This document shows, one piece after another, positions 31,287-43,559 of a stretch of DNA of 64,000 bases. A model generated the notes under the pieces. That model worked only from the letters and a program-made list of their open reading frames with translations, was not told the origin of the DNA and did not search any database. The stretch spans positions 930,001 to 994,000 of the forward strand of contig OX597843.1 of NCBI GenBank assembly GCA_951406725.2. The letters are read 5' to 3'. Source of the stretch: Octopus vulgaris. Its lineage: Eukaryota. Every line of letters starts with the position of its first letter. Within the stretch, counting starts at the first letter, position 1. A program made the position numbers and the translations under genes.

Positions 31287-31456
31287 CATAGGGTGCCATA
31301 TTTCTGCAAATATCCATCTCTGGTAGTCGGGTGCCTATCACTGAAAAGACTAAGGAAGGTTGAAATCCCGTGATCTGGTGGTCTCGGCGCTGGAGATGGT
31401 GGGGATTTTTCTCTCAGCTACAACCAACCCATGCCAGCATGGAAAACAGATGCTAA

Positions 31457-31492
<36 letters not shown>

Positions 31493-31617
31493 TTTCAAGA
31501 TTTAAGCTGTTGATGATGATGATGATCATGATGATGATGATGATGATGATGTTTCAAGATTTAAGCTGTTTCATGGTCTTCGGTGAGAAATGTACCTCCT
31601 CTGTTTTCTTCTCGCCT

Positions 31618-32103
31618 ACACTCTATTCCTTAGAGCGTAGGCAAGAAAGATATGCCATAATATACATCTGGAAGATCCTGGAAGGACTTGTCCCAAACTT
31701 TGGCATCGAGAGTTACACAAATACTAGAACTGGGCGCCACTGCATAGTACCAAGGACTCCAAATTTGCCATCAAGATGTAGGACAAGATACTGGGATAGC
31801 CTGGGCTTCAGAGGTCCACAGCTCTTCAATATCCTCCCGAAAGACCTGAGAGACCTGCATGGGGTGGATGCAGATGTCTTTAAAATAAAGCTAGATCTCT
31901 TCCTGTCAGGTGTCCCAGTTGAACCAACTTCACAGCAGGAGGTGCTGATGAGGGCAGCTGCATCAAACTCTCTCATGCACCAAATTTCAATTGCTAAAAA
32001 GCATTCATGAAGTAAGATCATGTAGCAACACCGAATGGCGGTGCCCCAGCATGGCCACAGCTCGTGAGCTGAAACTGTATAAAATGAAAACTGAAAATGA
32101 AAT
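31618..32103 (+). mobile_element. Second copy of the same CR1-group LINE 3' end (inside an 818-bp tandem duplication)
   Basis: Near-identical to 30800-31286, including flanks. Confidence 0.85.
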
Positions 32104-32274
32104 GCATAGGGTGCTGTATTTCTGCAAATATCCATCTCTGGCAGTCGGGTGCCTGTCACTGAAAAGACTAAGGAAGGTTGAAATCATGTGATCTGGTGGT
32201 CTCAGTGCTGGAGATGGTAGGGATTTTTCTCTCAGCTACAGCCAACCCATGCCAGCATGGAAAACAGACGCTAA

Positions 32275-32310
<36 letters not shown>

Positions 32311-32789
32311 CAAGATTTAAGCTGTTTCATGGACACAGATGATGAAGGCACAGCATGACAACAAAACCATATTATTCCATTTTACCTTTTTATTTTCGCC
32401 CTTTCCACTGGTGTGTCTCACAAAAAGCAAACAAAAAGATTATAGCCAAATCGATAAGGTTTAGACAAGATGTAGCAATGGAAAGAACACTGTTGACTAC
32501 AGGTAGCCAATTCTGCGCCTTATGAGGAGACTTAAACGATAAAATTTATGGTACAAAACCAGCAACTTTCAAATTGAGGGTAACCATTGAAAGAGAATGT
32601 GTACAAATACCAAACAGAATATTTCTTGATGTTTGTAATTCTATTGTTTCATGTAATCTGCAGTACCTGGACCAAACAGTCTTTAATTTGATAACGAGCA
32701 TTCATAAAAAAAGAATTAAATGCTGTCTGTAAATTTCATTAAATTTTGGAATTGACATGTTTTTAATAAACAATGACTTTATGCAATTT

Positions 32790-33328
32790 TTATATCCATC
32801 TTAACGTGGGTGTTTTGTTAGAATGCCAAATATTGCAGTATTCATTTCGAGAGGACCTCTCATATAGATGCATGCTGCATAGAAGCACACATCTATCAAC
32901 GGCAGATGAGAATTGTCTGTTATGGGTGCTGGAGCTGCCAGGTCACATAATTTCAACATACTGCGTCTCTTCAGTGACAGACATCTGTAAGCTATATACA
33001 AGCAAAATCTTATTACCAATAATATATAAGATTTCACTGATATTGCAAATAGCCAGCAAGTTTATTATGAAATAATTATTAGCAACAGAAGAAGTAATAT
33101 TAACACCAAATGGCAATTGTTATATCCAACTTAACATAGATGTTTTGTTACATCTACAGTGTTAGCCTATTCTGTGGGGTGGTTGCTGTTAGGAAGGGCA
33201 TCCAGTTGTAAAAACTGTGCCAAAACAGACACGGAGGTATGGTGCAGGCTTCTGCCAAACTGTCCAACCCATGCCAGCATGGAAGGAAGATGTTAAACGA
33301 TAATGATGAGGATATAATAATAATGATG

Positions 33329-33407
<79 letters not shown>

Positions 33408-34283
33408 TAATAATAATAATAATAATGAAATTATTGAATACAGTGCTCAGGTGCAATACAACTTGTCAAAAGTGCGTATAAAGTATATGCAGTAATGTAC
33501 AAATGTCTGGAGAGTGAACAGTGTATGAGTCAGATACATGCTTGCGTGTGTGTATGGAGGGGAGAAAATCAGGTGGTGTTGGTGAATCTCAGGAAGCAAG
33601 GAAGTTTTGAAGGATGCAGTGCTCCGATAACTAACAACTGATGCTGGCAGTTTGTCCCGAGAGGACCTCTCATATAGACACATACTGCATAAAAGCACAC
33701 AAATATCAATGGTAGATGAGAATTGTCTGCTATGGGTGCTGGAGCTACCAGGTCACAGGATTTCAACATACTGCACTTCTTCAGTGGCAGCTATAGGTGC
33801 TGGAGCTGCCAGGTCACATAATTTTAGCATGCTGCATCTCTTCAGTGACAACCATCTCTAAGCTGTATACAAGCTAAATCTTATTGCCAATGATATATAG
33901 GGTTTCAGTGACTTCAAGCACTGATGTTGCAAATAACCAGTACATTTATTAAGGAATATTTATTAGCAATGGAAGCAGAATTAATACCAAAAAGCAACTT
34001 AATGTGGATGTTTTATAAGAACACCAAATATTGAATTATTTACCTAAAGAAGACCTCTTGTATGGATGCATGGTGCATAAAAATATTCATATTTACATCG
34101 GTGACAGATGATATAAATATATATATAACTACAGTATGGAGTTTGTGAACAGCTATCACTGAAAAGACGCAGCGTATCGAAACTACATGACCTGACAGTT
34201 CTGGCACCCATAGCAGATGATTTTTGCCAGCTAATATGTGTGTCTTTATGCACCATGCATCTATATGAGAGGTCCTCTCAAGG
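32790..34283. repeat. Degenerate ~340-bp unit: about 2.3 direct copies plus one inverted copy, interrupted by SINE A (33160-33310) and a LINE end
   Basis: GAGAGGACCTCTCATATAGA..GAGAATTGTCTG.TATGGGTGCTGGAGCT.CCAGGTCACA at ~32850 and ~33660; partial at ~34050; reverse complement at 34130-34280. Confidence 0.7.
33427..33657 (-). mobile_element. 3' end of a CR1-clade LINE with (ATT)n tail
   Basis: DKLPASVVSYRSTASFKTSLL resembles the CR1 ORF2 C-terminal WNxLPxxVV..FK motif. Confidence 0.6.
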
Positions 34284-34302
34284 GGATTACCATAGTATAA
34301 GG

Positions 34303-34521
34303 CAGTGCTTTTCAACCTTTTTGCTGGAGCGGAACCCCAAGAAAACATTTCACTGGCTCGAGGAACCCCTGTGCAATAATTTAATAGTCTTATGCACACA
34401 TATCTGCACAGGAGAATTAAAAATTACTGCGGATTTTAGCATTTTTGTAACTTCTTGCGGAACCCCTGGAGTGTACTGGCGGAACCCTAAGGTTCCGCAG
34501 AACCCTGGTTGAAAACCACTG
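34303..34521. mobile_element. hAT (Charlie-like) MITE
   Basis: TIRs CAGTGCTTTTCAACC / GGTTGAAAACCACTG (14/15 match); perfect 8-bp TSD GTATAAGG (34295-34302, 34522-34529). Confidence 0.92.
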
Positions 34522-34623
34522 GTATAAGGAATACATGATCGTTCTATAGAACTAGATACTAGTAGATTAGAATTTAAGAATTTATGAAATTTCGGTTAGT
34601 TTATTTATTATTAAGCTCACTCA

Positions 34624-34991
34624 GGCGCAGGAGTGGCTGTGTGGTAAGTAGCTTGCTAACCAACCACATGGTTCTGGGTTCAGTCCCACTGTGTGGCATC
34701 TTGGGCAAGTGTCTTCTGCTATAGCCCCGGGCCGACCAATGCTTTGTGAGTGGATTTGGTAGACGAAAACTGAAAGAAGCCTGTCATATATATATATATA
34801 TATAAAAAAGGAAATGAAGAAAATGCTGACAAAATAATTTAAGTAATTTAAGTAATTTAATTAGGTGAAAGTTCTTTTTACCGGTTGCGCATTTGTTATG
34901 CTTCTCAAAAGATTAGAGTTCTTTTCTGATAGATTTTTTCCTCTTATCTGACTTTATGTTGGGTTTGCTGTCTCTTATATGTGCTGTCTCT

Positions 34992-35028
<37 letters not shown>

Positions 35029-35248
35029 TTGTGTGTCTGTGTTTGTCCCCCTAGCATTGCTTGACAACCAATGCTGGTGTGTTTACGTCCCCGTCACTTA
35101 GCGGTTCGGCAAAAAGAGACCGATAGAATATGTACTGGGCTTACAAAAGAATAAGTCCCGGGGTCGAGTTGCTCGATTAAAGGCGGTGCTCCAGCATGGC
35201 CACAGTCAAATGACTGAAACAAGTAAAAGAGTAAAAGAGTAAAGAGTA
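34624..35248 (+). mobile_element. SINE family B with a ~190-bp insertion in its internal (TA)n
   Basis: Full head GGCGCAGGAGTGGC and full tail; foreign sequence at 34803-34990. Confidence 0.9.
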
Positions 35249-35447
35249 CTATAGCGCATTTTAAATGTTTTTTATACTTATAGAGAATGTTTATTTGTTA
35301 TTTTCGTAAAATATTTTAAAAATATATGTCTGTCTGAAGAAACCTCGTTATATTTTTTAAAAAAAGGTAATTTGTAATCTTAAACAAAGCCTAGTTAATG
35401 AAATAGAAACAGGTGTAACTTGATTCTGTTATTCAATTTATTACTTT

Positions 35448-35861
35448 ACTCTTACTCTTTACTCCTTTACTTGTTTCAGTCATTTGACTGCGGCCATGCT
35501 GGAGCACCGCCTTTAGTCGAGCAAATCGACCCTGGGACTTATTCTTTTGTAAGCCCAGTACTTATTCTATCAGTCTCTTTTGCTGAACCGCTAAGTGACG
35601 GGGACATAAACACACCAGCATCGGTTGTCAAGCAATGCTAGGGGGACAAACACAGACACAAACACACACACACACACATATTCATATATACATATATACG
35701 ATGGGCTTCTTTCAGTTTCCATCTACCAAATCCACTCACAAGGCTTTGGTCGGCCCGAGGCTATAGCAGAAGACACTTGCCCAAAGTGCCACGCAGTGGG
35801 ACTGAACCCGGAACCATGTGGTTGGTAAGCAAGCTACTTACCACACAACCACTCCTGCGCC
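35448..35861 (-). mobile_element. SINE family B flanked by a 150-200-bp direct repeat
   Basis: Full-length; flanks 35295-35447 and 35862-36069 are duplicated. Confidence 0.9.
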
Positions 35862-36146
35862 TTGTTATTTTTGTAAAATATTTTTAAAATATATGTCTGT
35901 CTGAAGAAACCTCGTTATATTTTTTAAAAAAGGTCATTTGTAATCCTAAACAAAGCCTAGTTAATGAAATAGAAACAGGTGTAACTTGATTTGTCATTTG
36001 TTTATATAGAAATAATAAAACTGGATTGAATTTATCATTTATTGATTCAATTATTCAATTTATTACTTTGTTTCCATTTTCCTAATTTGTTTTGACATAT
36101 ATACTCTATAGCCTCAGGCCGACCAAAGCCTTGTGAGTGGATTTCA

Positions 36147-36768
36147 GACATAGAAATCAAAATCGTAATCTATCAGCATCTGTGGAATTTGTAGCTGTGA
36201 TACCAGTGCCGGTGGCACATAAGAGAACCATCCGAACGTGGCCGTAGCCAGCGCCGCCCTGACTGGCTTCCGTGCCGGTGGCACGTAAAAAGCACCATCC
36301 GACCGTGGCCATTTGGCAGCTTTGTCTGGTCTCTCGTGCCAGTGGCACGTTAAAAGCACCATCCGACCGTGGCCGTTGCCAACTCCGTCTGGTCTCTCAT
36401 GCCGGTGGCATGTAAAAAGCACCATCCGACCGTGGCCATTGCCAGCTTCGTCTGATCTCCGTGCCAGTTGCACGTAAAATGCACCATCTGACCGTGGCCG
36501 TTGCCAGCTTCGTCTGGTCTCCGTGCCGGTGGTACGTAAAAAGCACCATCCGATCATGGCCATTTTCCAGCCTCGTCTGGCACCTGTGCCGGTGGAACAT
36601 AAAAGCACCCACTACACTCACTGGAAGAGCATCCAGCTGTAGAAACATTGCCAGATCAGACTGGGCCTGGTGCAGCCTTCTGGCTTCCCAGACCCCAGTT
36701 GAGCCATCCAACCCATCCTAGCATGGAAAGCGGATGTTAAACGATGATGATGATGATGATGATGATGA
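36147..36768 (+). mobile_element. SINE-like family A (seven internal units) nested in a diverged SINE B (36105-36143 and 36768-37025)
   Basis: SINE B breaks at GTGGATTT and resumes at AAACTGAAAGAA. Confidence 0.85.
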
Positions 36769-37219
36769 AACTGAAAGAAAACTGTCATATATATATGTGT
36801 ATATTTGCACGCACATATGTGTATGAGTATGTTTGTACACCTTTGTACACCTTTGTTTGACAACTGATGTTGCTATGTTTATGTCCCCATAACTAAGCGG
36901 TTCAGAAAAAGACACCGATAGAATAAGTGCTAGGCTTACAAAGAACAAATCCTGATGAAGATGTGTTTGACTAAAGGCGGTGCTCCAGCATGGCCAGAGT
37001 CACATGACTGAAACAAGTAAACCAATAAAAAACTATACCAGTTTAATCCCGAGTAATGCCAGGTATTTCTGCAAGTATATATATATAACTTATAAACAAG
37101 GGCAAAAGAAAAAATATTTCCATGCCAATATGGTGATAACAGACTTTAAATCGTCAATTTCCACATTTCATTATACACTCACTATAAATACACGTCATGC
37201 TAAAATCGAGGTATTAGTG

Positions 37220-37275
<56 letters not shown>

Positions 37276-37419
37276 TATATACACCTTACAAAATACAAAA
37301 GAATTTTTCTTTTGCCCTTATTTTGTAAATTATTTATAAATTTAACCTTTAAAGGTATTTTTTGATATGCTGGCCATTGATAAAAATTTTTTTCGTAAAA
37401 AATTTTGTCCTACATTAGT

Positions 37420-37483
<64 letters not shown>

Positions 37484-37491
<8 letters not shown>

Positions 37492-38000
37492 TAGGGAATA
37501 AATCCAAACTTACAGGGAAAAATCAGATTTATGATTGAATCCAATTTTATAGTAAAATATTACATTATATTAAATTAGAGATAAAACCACTATTAGGTAA
37601 ATCATACAATGAAAAACTTAAGCCAATACATAAGATTAATTTTTTTCCTTTCTAGAAGGTACTGGAATATCCTTCAATGATGAATTCCAAAATAGCGGTT
37701 CTATCTTACCTGTAAATTCCATAATTTACGAAGTTGAGATATTACACTCAATATATGTAATTTATCAATATATTAATTAATAATAAAATATTAGGGAATA
37801 AATCCAAACTTACAGGGAAAAATCAGATTTATGATTGAATCCAATTTTATAGTAAAATATTATATTATATTAAATTAGAGATAAAACCACTATTAGGTAA
37901 ATCATACAATGAAAAACTTAAGCCAATACATAAGATTAATTGTATTGGCTTAAGTTTTTCATTGTATGATTTACCTAATAGTGGTTTTATCTCTAATTTA

Positions 38001-38010
<10 letters not shown>
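37484..38010 (-). mobile_element. Penelope-like element relic: two direct pseudo-LTRs, ORF start stub and inverted partial copy, in (TA)n
   Basis: Direct repeats 37484-37641 and 37784-37941; 37941-38010 is the reverse complement of 37862-37930; stub MEFTGKIEPLFWNSSLKDIPVPSRKE (37645-37722). Confidence 0.65.
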
Positions 38011-38054
<44 letters not shown>

Positions 38055-38156
38055 GGAGTAAACACATAAATGTGAAACAAGGTGGAAAAAAGAGTACTCA
38101 AATACCAGAGGTAGAGTAATATGCTTTATTTAAAAGCAGCAGAAATTTAACAAAAG

Positions 38157-38194
38157 CTGTTACTCGGAGTTTCACGTTCCCGTTCGTCGGACAG
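38157..38194 (-). ncRNA. Minimal type-I hammerhead ribozyme-like motif (Penelope pLTR type)
   Basis: CUGU-CCGACGA-ACG GGAA CGU-GAAA-CUC C GAG-UA-ACAG; U4>C variant core. Confidence 0.6.
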
Positions 38195-38229
38195 TTTTTT
38201 AACAAAATTTCTGCTGCTTTTAAATAAAG

Positions 38230-38276
<47 letters not shown>

Positions 38277-38278
38277 AC

Positions 38279-38466
38279 CATCATCATCATCGTTTAACAT
38301 CCATTTTCCATGCTGGCATGGGTTGGACAGTTTGACTAAGGTCTGGAAATCCGGCAGCTACACCAGGATCCAATCTGATCTGGCAATGTTTCTACAGTTC
38401 GATACCCTTCCTAATGCCAACCAGTCTGAGAGTGTAGTGAGTGCTTTTTGCATGCCACGGTACTGA
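38279..38466 (-). mobile_element. SINE-like family A, diverged 3' part
   Basis: (CAT)n CGTTTAACATCCATTTTCCATGCTGGCATGGGTTGG. Confidence 0.8.
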
Positions 38467-38844
38467 ATATATATATATATAATAAATATATATATATATA
38501 TATATATATATGCATGTGTATATGTAATCCTCCAAGGTAATTTTTTTCAAGAACTATCATTGAACTCGAGATACACAAAGACTTTACAATGTATCGGTGT
38601 ACCTTTTTTTAATTTTTGTATTTGTTTATTATTATTTTTTTGCAAAAAACAATGTAATTTTCTTTTTTCCCCCTACTCAAACGTAAAAAAATTTTTTTCT
38701 TTTCACCTTACAATTCTTGAAAAGTCATATTGTTACGAAACCGGTTTGAATTAATATATATATATATTTTATTAATTTTTCAAAATTTTCCATACACCCA
38801 TTTTCATTAAAATTTACCTTCAATTTAGCATTCTGCCTTTTTAT

Positions 38845-39070
38845 AATTAACATGCAAGTGGCTGAGTACTCCACAGACACGTGTACCCTTAATGTAGTTC
38901 TCAAGGAAATTCAGCATGACACAGAATGTGACAAAGCTGGCTCTTTGAAATACAGGTACAACTTGTTTTTGCCAGCTGAGTGGACTGGAGGAATGTGAAA
39001 TAAAGTGTCTTGCTCAAGAACACAATGGGATTTGAACTTACAACCTTACGGTCTTGAGCTGAATGCCCAA
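38845..39070 (-). mobile_element. Older tRNA-derived SINE (family C)
   Basis: Minus strand has B-box-like AGTTCAAATCC followed by TGTGTTCTTGAGCAAGACACTT (CORE/V-type conserved segment). Confidence 0.6.
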
Positions 39071-39183
39071 ACAGAAAACAGAAGACAGGTGAGGGAACAA
39101 ACAAACAGGTGTATTAGTTTGACATTCAGGTAAGAAATGGAGAGAGAAAAAAAATGTGTAGAGATTAACGGTGTAGCATACAC

Positions 39184-39784
39184 TTTTACTCTTTTACTTG
39201 TTTCAGTCATTTGACTGCGGCCATGCTGGAGCACCGCCTTTAGTCGAGCAAATCGACCCCGGGACTTATTCTTTGTAAGCCCAGTACTTATTCTATCGGT
39301 CTCTTTTGTCGAACCGCTAAGTAACAGGGACATAAACACACCAGCATCGATTGTCAAGCAATGCTAGGGGGACAAACACAGACACACAAACACAAACACA
39401 CATATATATATATATATATTTGAGTAGTTGAATGAATTATCTTATTAAGGATAATTCGAATTAACCGATACCTGGGTAGCAAATTCACATCAGAAAAAAC
39501 ACGGTTGAAGTTACGTGCCTAGGGCATAGATTACGTGCTTTCGTGTGGAAATTTGTATGTTTATTTTAAAAATATAAATATATTCTTTCATATATATATA
39601 TATATATATATACATATATATGACGGGCTTCTTTCAGTTTCCGTCTACCAAATCCACTCACAAGGCTTTGGTCGGCCCGAGGCTATAGTAGAAGACACTT
39701 GCCCAAGGTGCCACGCAGTGGGACTGAACCCAGAACCATGTGGCTGGTTAGCAAGCTACTTACCACACAGCCACTCCTGCACCT
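39184..39784 (-). mobile_element. SINE family B with a ~170-bp insertion in its internal (TA)n
   Basis: Full head and tail; foreign sequence at 39420-39590. Confidence 0.9.
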
Positions 39785-40120
39785 AGAATGATGAAATATA
39801 CATACATTCATGTGTGTGTGGTTTGCTTTATGGTACTGATCCAGAGGTACTGGGTTCAATTCGCAGTCTCACAATGAATGACACATCCAGTGATCCACGA
39901 ATATCCATAGATTGTATGATATTGAAACCTGTTAACATAAGAGATTGGATGGAGCAAATATGCTTTATTGCATTATGCTGTAATTATTTCATCTTCACCT
40001 CACCAACAGACACTTTCGAAATATTATTATATTATCTTATAATAAATACAGTTAATATGTTGCATTGCAATAGTGTAATTTCAGCAACGTTGACAAATGA
40101 AGACTTCCTCCAGTATGAGC

Positions 40121-40173
<53 letters not shown>

Positions 40174-40467
40174 TGTTTGTGTGTGTGTGTGTGAGTGTGT
40201 ATGTGTGTGTGTCATTGTTTGTGTATGTGTGTCTTTGTTTTATGTGTGTGTATCTTTGTGTTTGTGTGTGTGTTTGTGTGTGTGTATGTGTGTCTCTTTG
40301 TGAGTGTTTATGTGTGTGTGTCTTTGTGTGTGTGTGTGTGCGTGTGCGTGTGTAAGTGCGTGTGTGTGAGTGCGTGTATGTTTGTGTGATTGTTAGTGTA
40401 TGTGTGTCTTTGTTTTGTGTGTGTGTCTTTGTGTGTGTGTGTTTGTGCGTGCGTGTGTGGGTGATTG

Positions 40468-40507
<40 letters not shown>

Positions 40508-41028
40508 TCTCTTTGTAAGTGTTTATGTGTGTGTGTGCGTTTGTGCATGTGTGAGTAGGTGATTGTTAGTGTGTGTGTTTGTGTGTGTGTATGTGTGTCT
40601 CTTTGTGAGTGTTTATGCGTGTGTGTCTTTGTGTGTGTGTGTGATTGTTAGTGTATGTGTGTGTTTGTGTGCGTGTATGTGTGTTTGTGTGTGTGTATTT
40701 GTTAGTGTATATGTGTGTGTGCATCTTTGTGTGTGTGTGTATGTGTGTGTGTCTTTATGTGTGTGTGTGTGTGCGTGTGATTGTTAGTGTATGTGTGTCA
40801 TTGTGTGTGTGTATCTGTTAGTGTATGTGTGTGTGCATGCACGCAGCTGAATCAAAGAATGAACAGGAAGGCAACTGGCCTCAGTTTAGAGTATGGAATT
40901 TATATATATAAACATAATTGTAGACAAGAGTGGAGTATGTTGTAGGAATGAAGAAGTAAGAAGGTGTGCAGAAAATCTTTACAGCTGTTTCCAGAATAGA
41001 TGTGCATGTAGTGTATATGCAATGCAAC

Positions 41029-41617
41029 GTCCCCAAAGTCCATCCCCTCCTCACCGTGGTGGGGACACTGGCAACGGGTAGTATCAGAGCTATGCCGTCG
41101 GGAACTTCGGTTCCTGGTAGCGCCACCCAAGGCAGATTGGTCTGACACCGAGTGGTATTAGGGCCATAACCCGGCAGACGAGGCTCTGGTGAAAATCCTC
41201 AGAGTGTCTGTTTGTGTCCCCAAAGTCCATCCCCTCCTCACCGTGGTGGGGATCCTGGCAACGGGTAGTGTCAGAGCTATGCCGTCGGGAACTTCGGTTC
41301 CTGGTAGGGCCACCCAAGGCAGATTGGTCTTACACCGAGTGGTATTAGGGCCATAACCCGGCAGACGGGGCTCTGGTGAAAATCCTTGGAGTGTCTATTT
41401 CGGCAACTGGCCGCTCCTCGGTCGTTCTGTCCCTGCGTCTGAGGACAATCTGTGGCAAACAGGATGTCTCTACATGCGGGATTGTTGGGGACCACTTGTG
41501 AAATTCATATTCCCCACGAAACTTCTTCCACTGCCATGGTTCGAGATGCCTCGAGGGTGGCAGAAGAAGCCGACTCAACCCGCCCAGGGTGAATGTCACC
41601 ACAAGTAAAAGTAAGTA
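41029..41617 (+). mobile_element. Bipartite, internally deleted RTE-clade element with tandem-duplicated 5' UTR (2 x 187 bp)
   Basis: GAGCTATGCCGTC..GGTAGGGCCACCCAAGG resembles BovB/Rex3-type RTE 5' UTRs; ends MVRDASRVAEEADSTRPG* followed by an AAGTA-type tail. Confidence 0.65.
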
Positions 41618-42079
41618 TATGGTACATTTGTCACCAGACAAAAATGAGCTTTCATTGTATTAGCAGACTAGTCAATCTTCAGAGAGAAAAGTTTCGACAT
41701 GGATCCTTTGTAGAGGATTTCAGAGGATTTTAGATTTTAACAGCTGTTTTGTCAAAGAGAAACTGCAGTAGATTATTTGCGGAAGGCTCGTGGGCTACAG
41801 TGGGTGGCATAAAGGAAATATAGGAGTATACAATCATCAAGCAATATCAAATTCCAAGAGAAGATGCTTCGAGAAGAATGGATTAGAGGGGAGGGGGACT
41901 TGAGCTGAAATGGGCTAATCCAGGTGAGGTGATTACTTTGACTAAAGCAACCTGGAACCGTAGAAGACACTTGCTTATGTTAGCAGACTGTGGGACTATA
42001 CCTGAAATCTAATTGTTGGGAAGTAAACTTCTTCATATGTACATATGTATACACATAAATACATACATACATACATACA

Positions 42080-42110
<31 letters not shown>

Positions 42111-42349
42111 GCATATACATACATATATATATATATAAAACATATTGTAATATATATAAAATATATAAAATGTATATAAATGTATATGAGTATATATATA
42201 TGTATATATATATATATGTGTGTGAGTGTATGGTTTTGTGTGAATGTATGTGTATATATATAAATAATTATATATATATACATATATATAAATAATAATA
42301 TATACATATATATATATATACTTTTATATATACATATATATATATACAT

Positions 42350-42380
<31 letters not shown>

Positions 42381-42386
42381 CATATA

Positions 42387-42484
<98 letters not shown>

Positions 42485-42830
42485 TATATATATACACCTA
42501 TATAAATTTACATATACATATATATATATGTATGTACGCATATGAAAAGGTTGCATGCAAGAAAGTAATAAACACATGGTTTTGTGTAATATAAGTGCAC
42601 ATGCACATGTGTGTATGCATATGCAGAGCATGTGCGATTCTGTGATTTTTTTCTATGGGGACTGATTTCCAAAATATTGTGAGTGCATAAATCTCTTCTA
42701 CACATTTTAGAGAGTGTACGTGATGTGTCATGTGATTTGTACAAGCTTGTATAACGTGAATGTATATATGTATATAAAAACATACATGCATACACACACA
42801 TACATATATATATGTATGCATATGTCTGTC

Positions 42831-42910
<80 letters not shown>

Positions 42911-43029
42911 TACATATACATATGTATATGTGTGTATATATGTATGTATATAGATACACACATGCATGTACACATGTAAATATGTAGATCAACATATACT
43001 TATATATCTGTATACATATACATAAATAT

Positions 43030-43081
<52 letters not shown>

Positions 43082-43203
43082 GCATAGATAAGCATGCATA
43101 AATATATATCAGTGTAAATATGTGAATATTTATTTTGATATATACACATGTATATATATAAATATATATATGTGTGTTTATGCATGAGTGTATATATATA
43201 TAT

Positions 43204-43264
<61 letters not shown>

Positions 43265-43336
43265 ATTATATATATAATATATATATATATTATATATACA
43301 TAAATATGTATATATATATATACATATATATGTATG

Positions 43337-43431
<95 letters not shown>

Positions 43432-43514
43432 GTATATAAATGAAGATGCATATATGTATGCAAAATATATTGGTGAAAAGCCATCAATATATATGAGTGT
43501 ATATACATATATAA

Positions 43515-43559
<45 letters not shown>

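Noticed and set aside
36200-36612. CRISPR-like array of palindromic repeats
   Set aside because: The intervening sequences are homologous rather than unique, there are no cas genes, the context is eukaryotic, and the array is internal to a dispersed retroposon.
37045-37076. Helitron 3' terminus (CCCGAGTAATGCCAGG..CAAGT)
   Set aside because: The hairpin and CTAG are degenerate and no 5' end was identifiable; too weak to call.
39430-39500. Hammerhead on the minus strand (CUGAUGU GAAUU..AAUUC GAAU)
   Set aside because: Two core positions deviate and stem I could not be formed.
41029-41100. HDV-like ribozyme at the RTE 5' end (GTCCCCA/TGGGGAC 7-bp helix, TCCTCAC loop)
   Set aside because: P3 pairs poorly, there is no GG for P1.1 after the helix, and I could not find P2 or J4/2.
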